From Octopus vulgaris (Eukaryota): a stretch of 64,000 bases of DNA. Both the position numbers and the translations under genes were made by a program. The DNA lies in assembly GCA_951406725.2 (NCBI GenBank), contig OX597818.1, positions 59,396,001 to 59,460,000 on the forward strand, given 5' to 3'. Positions 26,646 through 40,323 of the stretch are shown here, piece after piece; position 1 is the stretch's first letter, and each line of letters begins with the position of its first letter. Below the pieces are notes generated by a model. The model was not told where the DNA came from, made no database searches, and worked only from the letters and a program-made list of their open reading frames with translations.

Positions 26646-26849
26646 ATAGCGTTTCTGAGCTATTGCATTTTAAAGCTTCACTAGTGGCTTGTAATGCTAT
26701 GCTTTCTATCAAAGTTGAATGCGTACAATTTCACAGACAACATACTTTAATATTGGTTCATATATTCTTGTCAATGGCGTTACGTACACAAACAGGATTC
26801 ATTCAAAAATATTTTATTTTTTATTTCTATAATCTTTAGTGAGATTTAT

Positions 26850-27374
26850 TACAATAATTTAGCAATTTCGTTTGATTTACAATATTAAATTTCTAATCTA
26901 TATTCAGTTATTGAATAGCGGCCATGTTGGGGCAGCATCTTGAAAGATTTAGTCAAGAATATCAACCACACTACTTGTTTTTTAAAGTATGGTACTTATT
27001 CTAACGTTCACATTTGGCCAAATGCTATGTTATTTTGAAGGGGGTAAAGCATCCTGGTTATTCCTTGAACGAAGGTTGCGTTGTAATAGCTAGAATCTGT
27101 GCCCTGACAAACGAATAAATTGCAGCTGTCTGAAATGCACGGGTGGCGGAGGCGCAACTTATCAACAAAGCCACCATTCGGTTTTTGAACAGGGTCACAA
27201 ATAACTCGAGCCCGAAATGATGTGTGAGGCCTTGCGGTAACACTTTGCCCGAATGTTCGGGACGAATGATGGGTCAAAACGCAGAGTGGATTTTAATGCC
27301 TACCTGCATGGCTTGCCACGGCATTCGGCAAGAGAGGCGGAGTGTTTCGAATGTCTCATTACAGCCGCTGATGT
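26850..27374. repeat. Arm 2 of the inverted duplication of 21416-21940
   Basis: Reverse-complement match; contains a Tx1 piece and a SINE fragment. Confidence 0.95.
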
Positions 27375-27660
27375 TGTTATACATACATACATACATACAT
27401 ACATACAAGCATATGTAATGATAATAATAAGTGGATGTAAACACATAAACAAAATAAGAATAAACAAAAACAAAATACAAATTACATGAACATATATAAA
27501 CAGAAGATACAAATATTACAGGCATCTCCCCACATACACACACTAAATAAACATAGACGCACATAGAGATATAAGCATGCGCAAATGAAGACATACAATA
27601 GAAATACAAAATGGCTGACGGTTAGTAAGGAGAGACACAAATAAGAAAGAAGAATACAAA

Positions 27661-27705
27661 GGACCACTGATGCGGTCACAGGAGTGTGACGAAAGAACTC
27701 TGGCC
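27661..27705 (+). ncRNA. Minimal type-I hammerhead-like motif
   Basis: cca/tgg stem I; CTGATGC (A9 replaced by C); gtcaca-ggag-tgtgac stem II; GAAA-gaac-TC. Confidence 0.6.
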
Positions 27706-27896
27706 GAAATAAGATTAAGTTTAATGTCAAAAATAAATAACACTGAAGCAAAATAACACCAAATATATAGTGCGTGTGTTTTTATTGGCTAAACTGGCAA
27801 TATGACCATTCCGAAATATAACAATATCTGTTTCAACACACGACTTCACATAAAAAATCTTGCACAACAAATATTTAAATATATATATATATATAT

Positions 27897-27958
<62 letters not shown>

Positions 27959-28021
27959 GGTATAATTATAAACAGGGCAATTTTAAGCCATTTCTCCGCA
28001 GACTGAAAAAGTGATGAACAA

Positions 28022-28073
28022 CCTTAATCGAATTCGAACCTTAATGGGTACTCATCAGAGGGGCTACATCATT
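28022..28073 (-). ncRNA. Degenerate hammerhead-like motif
   Basis: Reverse strand cct-CTGATGA-gtacc-cattaa-ggttc-GAAT-tcga-tt-aagg. Confidence 0.45.
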
Positions 28074-28108
28074 CTGACAGAGTCTAAATAAATTAACAAC
28101 CAAACTAG

Positions 28109-28268
28109 AGGGCTTCTTTCAGTTTCTATCTGCTAAATCTGCTCATAAGTCTTTGGTCGACCGGAGGTTATAGCAGAAGACACTTTCTCATGTTGCCAGA
28201 AAGTTATACGGAACCCGGAATCATGTGCTTGGGAGGCAAGTTTCTTACTACGGAGCCACTCCTGCGCC
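28109..28268 (-). mobile_element. SINE family B, 5' half
   Basis: gggcttctttcagtttc...agccactcctgcgcc. Confidence 0.8.
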
Positions 28269-28744
28269 TTGTTCATTTTCTTAAAATTTTTCCGCCACAC
28301 CCATCTCATCCGCAATGCAGAGCATACAAGCAGGAAAGCACACATACATCTTTACAATACCCTACATAAGCACAATATACTCACGCGCGAGCACCCAATA
28401 CGCACTGTTATTTATTCTTAGCTTTAGGCCATTACTACTTTTCTGCCTCTCCTCTCCTCTGAGATTTTTAATTTAAATTGCAACTACTATACAAATTTCT
28501 CCTCATTGACCGAAAAAATTTTATCATCCACTTCCCTCGCTTTTCCTTCCCTCCACACAATCCAAGGTCACACACTACGCCTTTTTCTTCTCTCTCTCAG
28601 CTTAAATGGCTCTATTAAAAGCCATATATTTAATTACCCCTCTTAAATTCTTCATATCCTGACAATTTGAAAACCAAACCTCCTCCAGTCACAAGATTAC
28701 AAGTTTACTTGTAAACTTATCCACTCCCTTATACACACACACAC

Positions 28745-28804
<60 letters not shown>

Positions 28805-29008
28805 CCTACTTTGTCTCTACAATTATAGTCACTTCTCGAACTTTGCTTTCTATGCAATTTCAACGAAAATCCTGTGTGGAAACTTCATATAACCGAATAA
28901 GACTGACCCGAAGAATAGCTTGGGGTAGACCCCTTGTTTGGATAATTATTTCTACCGATGTTTCACTTGCTTCGAAATATATGTAGACCGGAATTTATCT
29001 ATTCCATT

Positions 29009-29056
<48 letters not shown>

Positions 29057-29060
<4 letters not shown>

Positions 29061-29250
29061 AATGTGACCGCGTGTGTACCGTTGGCGATTTTTTTCCTCC
29101 GTCTTCCCTTCTTTGGATCTTTCCTTTTCCAATGTTTCTGACGAAGAGCTTCTTTCCTTCTTTCCTGAGCGTACAATAATACTATACTTGTTCCACGTCC
29201 TCGCGTTGTTGTGTTTTCTCTTTGTGTTTTCATGTTTGGATTAACCTTAT
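29057..29250 (+). mobile_element. TA-flanked short Penelope-type element (family also at 36241, 45312, 49425, 57318)
   Basis: caaaatgtgaccgcgtgtgtaccgttggcgat...gtttCTGACGAagagc (rest of motif deleted)...ttccacgtcctcgcgttgttgtg...tttggattaac. Confidence 0.7.
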
Positions 29251-29296
29251 ATATATATATGAATGTATGTTTATATCTATATATATGTACATATAA

Positions 29297-29333
<37 letters not shown>

Positions 29334-29342
29334 CATATATAC

Positions 29343-29399
<57 letters not shown>

Positions 29400-29419
29400 G
29401 TTTGTATATAATCAAATAA

Positions 29420-29470
29420 TCAAAATAAGCAACAAGGATATCCAAAGGTACCCTTGTTGCTTATTTTGAA
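29420..29470. repeat. Short fold-back, same family as 3088-3157
   Basis: tcaaaataagcaacaagg / ccttgttgcttattttga. Confidence 0.75.
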
Positions 29471-30080
29471 TATAATCACCCCATTTTGAATTATATGGAT
29501 AATACCATACTAAATTCTGGTGCCTTTAACTTAAGTACCATAAGCAACTGAATCTAAATTTCTACTGAACGTATATATATATATACATATACATATATAT
29601 ATATATATATATACTCGTGTAGAAAGACCATACTTCTAGATTTTAACACTGTGATTGGTAGTCATCCTCCCCTGTTATATTCAGCGAATGTCTTGTAAAA
29701 TTAGAATTTGTTTCGTTATACATACAAAAATGAATGTTTCACGTGACATGCCATTTGGTTCCGTACTGTGCTTCATAGAAAAAAAAAATGTGTTTTCGCA
29801 GTTTATGTCTCTGCTAAGAAATATTTACAACGTTCATACATATTTAACGTATGTGAGTGTTTAGTAATATCGTACTTACATTTCTCAGCTTTGAACCACG
29901 GGTGCCATAAAAATAATTTAAGCTCATACAATTGTAGCCAATACTATAAGTGTCATGGACTAGCTCAAATCTGACAGCACAGCCGAATAATTTATAGAAT
30001 GTTCTCAAACTTTTGCCATCTGTCTATAAAAAGAAGGGCGACAGTAAGTGCAAAGAGAACAATGAGATTTTTCAAGAGGG

Positions 30081-30112
<32 letters not shown>

Positions 30113-30113
<1 letters not shown>

Positions 30114-30272
30114 GCGCAGGAGTGGCTGTGTGGTAAGTAGCTTGCTAACCAACCACATGGTTCCGAGTTCAGTCCCACTGCGTGGCATCTTGGGCAGGTG
30201 TTTTTCTACTATAGCCTCGGGCCGATCAAAGTCTTAAGTGGATTTGGTAGACGGAAACTGAAAGAAGCCTGT

Positions 30273-30320
<48 letters not shown>

Positions 30321-30520
30321 TGTGTGTGTGTGTGTTTGTGTCTCTGTATTTGTCCCCCCAACATTGCTTGACAAACGATGCTGGTGTGTTTACGTCTCCG
30401 TCACTTAGCGGTTCGGTAAGAAAGATCGATAGAATAAGTACTGGGCTTACAAAGAATAAGTCCCGCGGTCGATTTGCTCGACTCAAATGACTGAAACAAG
30501 TAAAAGAGTAAAAAAGAGTA
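30113..30520 (+). mobile_element. SINE family B
   Basis: Head, CORE-like block, internal (TA)n(TG)n and tail as in the 19439 copy. Confidence 0.9.
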
Positions 30521-31125
30521 TATAAATGCCTCTGTGTTGGTGTGTGTGTATCTGTGGTTTCTGGCTGCTATTAATCTTTAATGTTTTCCTTGAAACAATT
30601 CAAAGTTGTACTTGAGAATCTCTCAGCTTATCATTGCAGTATATTATCTTAATAATTCTGCTTAGTCTTCCACAGCTACTTTGCGTTGCGATGCATCGAT
30701 ACCTTCTATCTATGTGAAAATATGTGGAATTGACTTTGAGGCTTGTTATACACTATATTCTTTGCTCATAACAAATGCATCATGTGTCTAATAACGAACT
30801 TTGTTCCAGATACGTCAGAGTTAGTTATACTTTCACGGCAGTAGTCCGCATCTTTATCTACAACGCAATGAAAGTGTGTGAGATGTTGTGAGAAGGAAGA
30901 TAACGCCGAATCAGTTTAGACAGCAAAAAAGTTGTTTATTAATGAATCGAGGCAACGTCAAATTTGGATATTCTTCAAATTGTTCTCGACAGCAGCAGGA
31001 AATTGACAATACATATGTAAAACATAATTGTGAATATCCGTAGAACTATGGACTTTCGTTTATTGTTTGCCGTTCCCGTTGTCTTGGCTTTTATAGATGA
31101 AATATTTTCTAATTTCACCTAATCT

Positions 31126-31156
<31 letters not shown>

Positions 31157-31242
31157 TTTATATGTGTGTGTGTATATATGTGTATATATATGTATATATA
31201 TGTATATATATAAGTTTATGTATATATATCTATATCTATATA

Positions 31243-31649
<407 letters not shown>

Positions 31650-31658
<9 letters not shown>

Positions 31659-31870
31659 ATATGTCTGTGTGTCTGTGTTTGTCCCACACCATCACTTGAC
31701 AACTGCTGTTAGTGCGTCTACGTCCCCGTAACTTAGCGGTTCAGTAAAAGTGAGGGATAGAATGAGTACTAAGTATAAAAGGAATACGTCCTGGGGTCGA
31801 CGTGCTCGACTAAAGTCGGTGCTCCAGCATAGCCGTAGTCAAAATACTGACAGAGGTAAAAGAAGAAAAG
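31650..31870 (+). mobile_element. SINE family B, 3' half
   Basis: gtgtttgtccc...cttagcggttc...ggtgctccagcat. Confidence 0.78.
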
Positions 31871-31880
31871 TATATGTTTG

Positions 31881-31924
<44 letters not shown>

Positions 31925-31944
31925 TATATATATATATGATATTT

Positions 31945-31975
<31 letters not shown>

Positions 31976-32869
31976 ATGCATATATATGTATACTTACAAA
32001 TACATGTGTGTGGGTTGTTTTTTAATGTTTGTACGCATGGGTGTATGTGTTTGTGTATTTGTGTAGGCGTGTAGTTTTGTGTCCGTGTGTCTTGGTTATA
32101 AATCCTAAGCGATGCTTCTGACGAATTGTAGTGTGAAGACATGTATAGGTTATTTATAATTACAATGTAGAACATCGGCTGTGATTTCTATAATTTTAAA
32201 AGTAATCAATAGAAAATATATATGAATTTATCGATTTCACATCATAGCGTTCAGAGTTTAATTCCTGGTCTCATAAATTCATTTAATCTCAATTCCCAAA
32301 GTTTACCATATTCTAAATGCATTTCTTCCATCCTTTCTTCCTTCACACATTTTCACTTTGAAATAATGCATTTTCTTCTGCAATAAAACTAAAGTACACT
32401 ATTTAACAATTCATACGTGATACCGATATGTGTGTGAACGTACGTATATTTATTGCGCATCTTAAAGTGACTTTCAATGAGGAGCTTGTACTTAATAACA
32501 TATCATAATGATACAGATTGTACTATACACCCACATATAATTGTCATGTCTATTTTAATTGCTTTAATATAATGTCTCTGAATTTTTCAATCACACATAA
32601 ATATCTTACAACATATATTTATCTATCATTCTTCGCCTCATTTACACCACCGATTTGCAAATTCAAACATCACATGATTTTTCAAAAGCCATTATCAACA
32701 GCTTCGCTTTCTTCGAAGCCTCTACGTGTGAGCGTAGGCTGGGGAGTTCATATTTTGACGATGAAGGACTGATGCTACAGCTGTTAAATCCTGCCGTTAT
32801 TAATTCCAATTATTTTCCCTGATACCTACATTGTTTCGCGACAAGTAAACTGATATCTGACTACTCAAG

Positions 32870-33870
32870 TGGTCAAAGTACCAGAAAAAACATGATTTCT
32901 TCCACAATATTCCTGCTGCTATGCTTGCTACTTTAGGGAAGGAAGCTCCAGCTTTAGCAACCTTGCAAAAGTGAGCAGCTCAATTTAGGAAAGGAAGGGA
33001 GAGTCTTGGAAATGACCCAAGGTCTGGACATCCTGCAACTACCATCAAAGCATTGCTCGTGTCCACCGCACGCTGGTGGATGACAGGCGATTGACTAAAA
33101 CCGATATAGTCAATTATATTGCCATATATCGTGAATGGTTAATATTCTGCTCAATGAATTTGTTATGGTGAAAGTTGCTGGTTGACATGTATCACGTCCT
33201 CTGATATCTAATGAAAAGCGCACCAGGCTATTCCGCATCAAGGGGAAACCTAACATTATTTGAAGCAGCTCTTACCTATTTCCTTAACGCTTTCTAAGCG
33301 AGGACGGGTTTTGAATTCATTACTTTGAACCAGGGATAAGATAATTCTTGCAGTCGAAAACCCCCTCAACGCCTTCTCCAAAGAAAGCGAACGTTCTTTC
33401 ATCGGTGGAGAAGCTGATGGCTTCAGTTTTTTTGGATGCAAAAAGCATTGCATTTATTGCCTATTTTCAAGCTGTTCACATCATCATTGGAGAGTATTAT
33501 GCCAACGTGCTGAGGCAGTTATGAAAGACTTTCAAGACAAAAAGCCCAGGAAAACTGACAAAAGATGTTTTGTTTCATTATGGCAATACTCCAGGACACA
33601 AGCCTTTAGAGTCAAGGACTGTTTTGCGTGACTGTGGCCTTGATCTGATTAATCAGCTTCCCCATTCTCCCGATTTGTCTCTATCCGACTAACATCTGTT
33701 ACCCAACTGGAAAAATCAAGTTTCCCAATGATGACGTCATATCAATAATTGAAGAATTTTTTTTCAGCAAGAAGAAAATTTCTCTACATGTGATATCCAA
33801 ATCCTGCACCATTGATCGGAGAGCTGTATGGACTACAGGGGGAATTATGCTGAAATCTAAACCTCATTTG
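32870..33870 (+). pseudogene. Decayed mariner transposase
   Basis: TLGKEAPALATLQK*AAQFRKGRESLGNDPRSGHP; KLMASVFLDAKS; YYANVLRQL; VLFHYGNTPGH; PHSPDLSLSD (YSPDLAPSD-like). Confidence 0.85.
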
Positions 33871-34069
33871 GCCCCATTTGATAAGAGTATCTTTTACAGA
33901 AATGAAGTTTTCAGCTAATGAAGTTTTCATAGATATAAAAGGATGCAATGTTTCTGACATACTTACACAATGCTCTTATTAAAGATGGCTGTAATAATTG
34001 GGACGATGCAGGCAAGAACTATGCCAACAAGAAAGAAATAATAAATAAAATAAAAACACGAAAACCCCA

Positions 34070-34440
34070 GTTGTAAATCTTCTCTTCATGAGTCAACTCG
34101 GTCAGAGTATACCCAGAGGTAGAATGTAGTAGCAACGGCAGAGGCGAAAATAAGGCATACGTGAAACACAAGCCTATAAGAATTCCTTTCAACACACGGC
34201 TATGATGCTCCCGCACTACTTCTGCTCGTGGTCAGAGATGCACATATCGGTAGCCACTAAGGGACATGGTAAACTGGGTAAGGTCAAACAACTGACAAGC
34301 AAATCTTTGGTATTGAGCAGAATATTTGCTGTAGACCAACTTCTATACCAACACAATACATTGTAAATGATAACACATCCAATCAATTAAGAGAAAATGC
34401 CATGAGCGACACTGTCTGGTACTGCATCAGGTCATTTATG
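34070..34440. mobile_element. Interspersed repeat abutting (ATT)n, possibly the 5' UTR of a Dong-type element on the minus strand
   Basis: GC-richer block ending ggtactgcatcaggtcattt next to (ATT)n 34440-34513; family assignment is inference. Confidence 0.35.
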
Positions 34441-34514
<74 letters not shown>

Positions 34515-36240
34515 GTAGATAGCGCAGTTTAGAGTATATTATACCTTCGGAAAAATTAGTCTGTTTAAATAAATGATACCTAACTCTGACGAGTATGTTC
34601 AAAATTGTTTTAATATTGCCAGAAATTCCTTCCTGGTAATTCAGACTGAAAACACTTGAATCATCTTTTGAATGATTAGAAATTAGATATGATTTTGGCG
34701 AAAAAACTTACTCAAAATTAATTAGTGCCACAACGTATTCTAATTTGCGATAACATATCTTCAGGAAACAGACGGTTGTCAGTCAGTGATGTTTATATCA
34801 TAAAATAGATTTATAATAAAATTGCACTCAAATAATGAGGTGGAGTACAACGATAAATTTACGATGTGTAAACCCGTTTTTTATGCGTTCAGTATCAAAA
34901 GAAATAAAACGCGCCACCATATTGTTAAATGGGCTAATGCTAGTAGCAGCACTTTGTCCATTTTGTACCCACACTAAAATGTTTCTCTCGCCATTAGACG
35001 CTAATGGAATCAATAAAAATTTTACTTTTCATCTGGATCGATATTTTTTCCTTTCTTTTATGCTTTTCTCTCTTTCAAAAAAAAATGTAGCTAAAAGGTT
35101 GAAGGGAACGGAAAACGACGACCAGTAGATAAATCGGTATGAAAAACACAGTAAAATGTTACTGGCGTGCAAAGAAATAATAATAAATAATTCAATGAAA
35201 TTGATGGAAGTTTTCTATTAAACAAAAAGACAAAAATATATTTTTGACCTAACGTTTACAGTGAGTTAGGAGATTATTGTTATTAAGATATTTTTTATTT
35301 GATTTCTTCAAATAAATCACGTCAAGTAATATTTATTAACGCCAACCGCTTTTACAAATGGAATTTCATATTTGTTATAAAGACAAAAAATTATGCCATT
35401 ATCTGTATGTTTTCTCTCAGAAAATGCTAAATATATTTTTGCTTTATAATAATTGCTTTCTAATTTAAGAACAAGGGAACCAATTTTGAAGGGAGGAGTT
35501 TTATTTCAGGAATGTTCAATGTCCTTGCAAGAGTCAGTTCGTCTGCTGTTTCTCGCATGAGGGATTTCATAGAATTTCCGTCAATGTCCGAAATATTTGT
35601 AGATATAGATATTACACTTTAGTCGTTCCTAATATGGAACTATCATGTCACAAAAATCTTCAGGATTTGAAATTATTTCCAATGGGGTTGTTGATTAATT
35701 TTGAAATACACCTATACCATATTTTTGTTTGAGTAGCATAGTTAAAACCTTATAAATGTTATGGAGCATTAGTAATGATGTAACTAAATGAAGGCAACCA
35801 GTTCTATTCAAAGTATAATTACAGTTAACGGGTAATATTTTCCCAAAACTAGTTTGGCAGAACATGGTTGAACAGCTCAAGGATTTGTTCTGAAAATAAT
35901 AACAATGAAATTGAATGGGTATCAATTTTAATCCATAGAGTCTTGTTTGACACTGTAGCTACAGTATATGAAATAATTACTGTGCAACACCGACGTCTCT
36001 AAGAGTTTTCCTAATCTGCTAGAAATAGCAGTCAAATTTTCGTTTAATTGTAAAGAAAGAAAAGTTACACTAGATAGGAGAATTTTAATACATGGATTCT
36101 GAAACCAACGGAATTGCTACAGCTGGATTGATACTCATCATGACTATTTACAATCAAAAGAGACTGCATGGAATCATATCAGAGAATTTAGTAGACGGAA
36201 CTCTGATTGGAATATATTCAGGCATGTATATATATATATA

Positions 36241-36470
36241 TAAAGTTAATCCAAACAAGAAAGCACAAAAAAAAACACAACAACGCGAGGACGTGGAACA
36301 ATTATAGTATTATTGGAGGCTCAGGAGAGAAGGAAAGAAGGAGGGTTTAACGTTTCGAGCAGAGCTCTTCGTCGGAAACATAGGAGAAGGAAAGATCTAG
36401 AGAACGGAAGACGGGAAAGAATCGCCAACGGTACACACGCGGTCACATTTTGAATGACTGGAAGGAAATA
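36241..36470 (-). mobile_element. TA-flanked Penelope-type short element with hammerhead-like motif (36345-36379)
   Basis: Reverse strand gttt-CCGACGA-a-gagc-tct-gctc-GAAA-cg-TT-aaac. Confidence 0.7.
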
Positions 36471-36539
36471 TATATATATATGCTAATCGGTTTCAGCTTC
36501 AAGCTTTGCCCATCCTGAGGCATAGTTTTGCTACGCTGC

Positions 36540-37390
36540 TACTATTGTGAGCCTCCACTGATAAGTGGCATTTGGTGAATAAAGGAGTTTGATGTTGCTC
36601 TATCCCCATTTGCGCCTCCTGTCGCGAGGTAGGGTCATCTAGGACTCTCGACAGTTAGAGAATCAGTTTTGATTTTAAAACACATACAACCACTTTGTGT
36701 AGGTCTCTGGGTTTTTGAGAGAATATTAAGAAGCTATGGGCCCCTGAAACCCAGGCTGTTGCACTAACTGGTCCTGAAACACGATGGCGTTGTTAGAATG
36801 TTTGGTATTATGCAGTGGTAAACCGTTCTGGCCTTTGTGTAGATTTCAATGTCAAAATCTGGTACCATCCATTCCAGGATCTTCCAGATGTATATTACTG
36901 CATATTTCTCCTGCCTTTGCTCCAGGGAGTGAGAGACTTAGTTGTGTCAGCGTATCCCAGTACCTGAGCTGTTGCAATGAGACGATCGTCTTTGTGAAGC
37001 TTTTATGGTCCGCTGTTATGTCTATACTGTGGGGTAACCATAGTTGGAAGGAGTAGTCCAGGGCAGTGAGGACGGATATTCTCCAGATAACCATCATGAT
37101 TTCCTCCTCTGTGATTTTGATGTATCTCAAGATCCAGCTAGCCAGCTGTCTGCACTTTGTCGCCATCTTAGTAACGTGTACTTGGTAATGTGCACTTGGA
37201 AAGAGGTGCCATCCCTCATATCACTTACCAGGTCATGCACTGATTTAGGTTCTGGGATTGCAATGCAATCGTCCTTGGGCCAGTGAACCCTGTAAGTTTT
37301 TCGTTCAGTTTTGGGTGCTGGTAGCGAAGGGTTGGATTTTTCCAGCATTAAACTGCATGTTATCCTCAGGTGGACTCCGAAGCACACCTG
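36540..37390 (-). mobile_element. Decayed CR1/L2-like LINE 3' region
   Basis: NMQFNAGKIQ, LASWILR, LDYSFQLWLPH, YWDTLTQLSL resemble post-RT motifs (MxFNxxK, LDYCSQLWSP, YWERL). Confidence 0.75.
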
Positions 37391-38927
37391 CCTGGCTGTT
37401 ATATGAAGCCACAGACACAGCTTCGGGTGTCAATCCGGGATAAAAATCCCAATTCAGTGCCTCTGAGTCAGTCCATCGTCGTCGACAATATCGCTCTGGC
37501 AACTACTTTTCAATGACGTGTGGGAATGACGTCCCACAGTTTCTAGGCTTGCATCCTATTGAACAGCCTATGCGGAAGAGGATACGGCTCACTACAACTT
37601 ATACAACACGGGGACCATCATAGGTGCGGCTTGTGTTAGAGTGATGATTCTGTGTGCATTGGACGGACTGTTTAACCAACGACACATACAAAAAACGGAC
37701 ACGTTATCTTCCTCAGAGTTTATCTTACGAAATAATCTTACGTTCAATGGAATATTCATTATAAGTCAGTATCCATCTTATTAATAACAGACGGCCATTA
37801 TGAACAGAGTAAGACTCCAAATAACTGCCCTATTCATTTTAGCTGAGGGTTAGAGCCAACTGAATGTATTCCGCTAAATTCCTCGAATATTCTTTGTTCA
37901 TTACGAAAATATATATTCCAAATTTATTTTGTGTTGCGATACATTAACTCGGAAGACATAAGCGACTGCGAGAAATGTAAGATTATTTTACTCCAACTCA
38001 ATCATATATAAATTGCTGAAATTGTAATAAATACGTGGCAGGCATTTTGAGGTGGAAACGTTCAGTTATTTCAACCGACTCTATTTGACTTATACCGAAG
38101 ACCAAAGGAGTTGGAAATGAATCTATGACCAATGAGATGTGAACTCAAAATGTAGAAAACGAAGCTATGATTAAAAGCTTCCACTACAGACTTTATCTTC
38201 GTTAATGTTTATCATAGTGACATATCTTTATGTATAATGGAATATTTCTTATAAAACTGTATCTGTTTTTATCATGCACATCTGCACAATCGATTTCTAA
38301 GGTTCGCTGACTAGTTTATTTAATATGCTTTTTTCGATAGTAAACACATTTTAAGAGATATTCTGTTTACGCGTATTACTACATAAAACTTTAAAATAAG
38401 ATCGTAACGCATATAAAACAACCACAGCAACGATAATCTTTTACGGTATACGATATCATTACGACTTTTGATATCACGCATTGCTAGAAGGGTTTATTTA
38501 TGCAAAGAAGAGACACGTATCTTGTATAGGTTGTAATCTGATATATTCATTGTGTATATTTTTCATTGCAAAATAGATACTCCTAAAATTGTTGCATTAA
38601 TTGTTGTTTTTCCTTCTATCATACGACAATTGTATTGTTACAATGGCCAGCAATCCATGAAATAAAATAAGCATTTCAATGCAGTCCCACCACATTTTTC
38701 TTTTTTATTGAAGTTGTGATTGCTAAACAGAATTTAGATTTATTTATTTAGAAATGTTTGGGATTACAAACAAACAGAATTTTTTTTTTTACACAAGTTT
38801 GTGTGTTGGTATATGTGCGCGAATATATATAGATGCGTATGTATCATTGTACAAAAAAAAATATTTCTTTCTATACACATACACACACGCATACATAAAT
38901 ATATAAATATTTATGTATATATCTGCG

Positions 38928-38975
<48 letters not shown>

Positions 38976-39007
38976 TATATATATATATATATATTTGTGT
39001 ATATACT

Positions 39008-39038
<31 letters not shown>

Positions 39039-39101
39039 CTGTGTATTCTTATATAAATATATATATATATATGTGTGCATGACTGAGCATGTGTACATAT
39101 G

Positions 39102-39149
<48 letters not shown>

Positions 39150-39195
39150 TATATAATACATAATACTGTATGTAATAACATACACATTCATATCT

Positions 39196-39239
<44 letters not shown>

Positions 39240-39243
<4 letters not shown>

Positions 39244-39616
39244 ATTATATAATAGACCACAGTATCGGATTTTGAATTACATCGCTGATAACAATGCACC
39301 TTCTTTATTTCTTTCGAATGATGTCATGACCTGAGTGCGTGAACTCTTTACGCACACTCACACACAAACATATCTATAACTATCAGGCTATATACATATA
39401 TGAATAATTACATACACACACACATATATACGTATGTATATATATATAACGTGATTATATAATAGATAACACTATCGAATCTTGAATTACATCGCTGATC
39501 AAAATGAGCCTTCTTTATTTGTTTCGAATTATACCATAACCTGTGTGCGTGAACGTTTTAAGTACACACACAAACATATCTATAAATATCTAGCTATACA
39601 CATATACGTATACATG

Positions 39617-39620
<4 letters not shown>
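39240..39620. repeat. Old tandem duplication, ~210-bp period
   Basis: cgtgattatataataga...ttgaattacatcgctgat...ccttctttattt...gtgcgtgaac begins at both 39240 and 39450. Confidence 0.85.
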
Positions 39621-39681
<61 letters not shown>

Positions 39682-39754
39682 CAATATATATATAGCGGCC
39701 GTTACATTGAAGGAGTCATTCTACTGTTTTAGTACCTTTGGATTATTGCAGAAA

Positions 39755-39844
39755 ATCCATTCTGAAGAGGAATGTGGTTAGTAGAGTTTATATTTTGGGA
39801 TATTCTTTATTTAAAACCTGATTCCGAAACGCGCGTCTATGGAT
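39755..39844 (+). ncRNA. Minimal type-I hammerhead ribozyme with canonical core
   Basis: atccat/atggat stem I; CTGAAGA (39762-39768); ggaat/attcc stem II; GAAA; palindromic acgcgcgt stem III; GTC cleavage triplet ending at 39837. Confidence 0.8.
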
Positions 39845-40056
39845 AATCGGATATTGATTGATTTTCGTTACGTTACCCTCTGCCTGGATGAATAAGATTC
39901 AGGTATTATGGTTTCTCTAGTAGACCTTTTTTTAAGTAGAAGAAATGGCTTAGATTTTGGCTGCTATTTCTGAATAGTATGTGGTGATGCATTTCTTTTG
40001 CTGATCCCTTAATATTAGTATATATATATATATATATATATATTAGATATTTCAAT

Positions 40057-40246
40057 CACCTGAAAATTGACTGTAACTCGAATTTTTACGAATTGGACAG
40101 CCATGAAACGATCGTAGTGTTATACTCATTATCTGTTTTTAATAATTTTGATATATATTTAAAATAATATTAATTAATTAATCTTATGTATTGGCTTAAG
40201 TTTTTCATTGTATGATTTGCCTAATAGTGGTTTTATCTCTAATTTA

Positions 40247-40250
<4 letters not shown>
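40057..40250 (+). mobile_element. Penelope-type terminal repeat with hammerhead-like motif (40057-40119)
   Basis: cac-CTGAAAA-t-tgactgt...acagcca-t-GAAA-cgatcg-TA-gtg; tail shared with 25065-25100. Confidence 0.6.
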
Positions 40251-40299
<49 letters not shown>

Positions 40300-40323
40300 G
40301 TGTGTGTGATTGTGTATAGAAGA

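Larger units (their letters stand above)
35371..38244. repeat. Donor of the 2.4-kb segment captured (inverted) at 43995-46410
   Basis: Reverse-complement match from tttgttataaagacaaaaaattatgcc to atctttatgtataatggaata; identical mirrored ORFs (35695/45856 and 36092/45474). Confidence 0.96.

Noticed and set aside
35695-36307. Identical small ORFs duplicated at 45474-46086
   Set aside because: Result of the recent inverted duplication; no recognisable domain.
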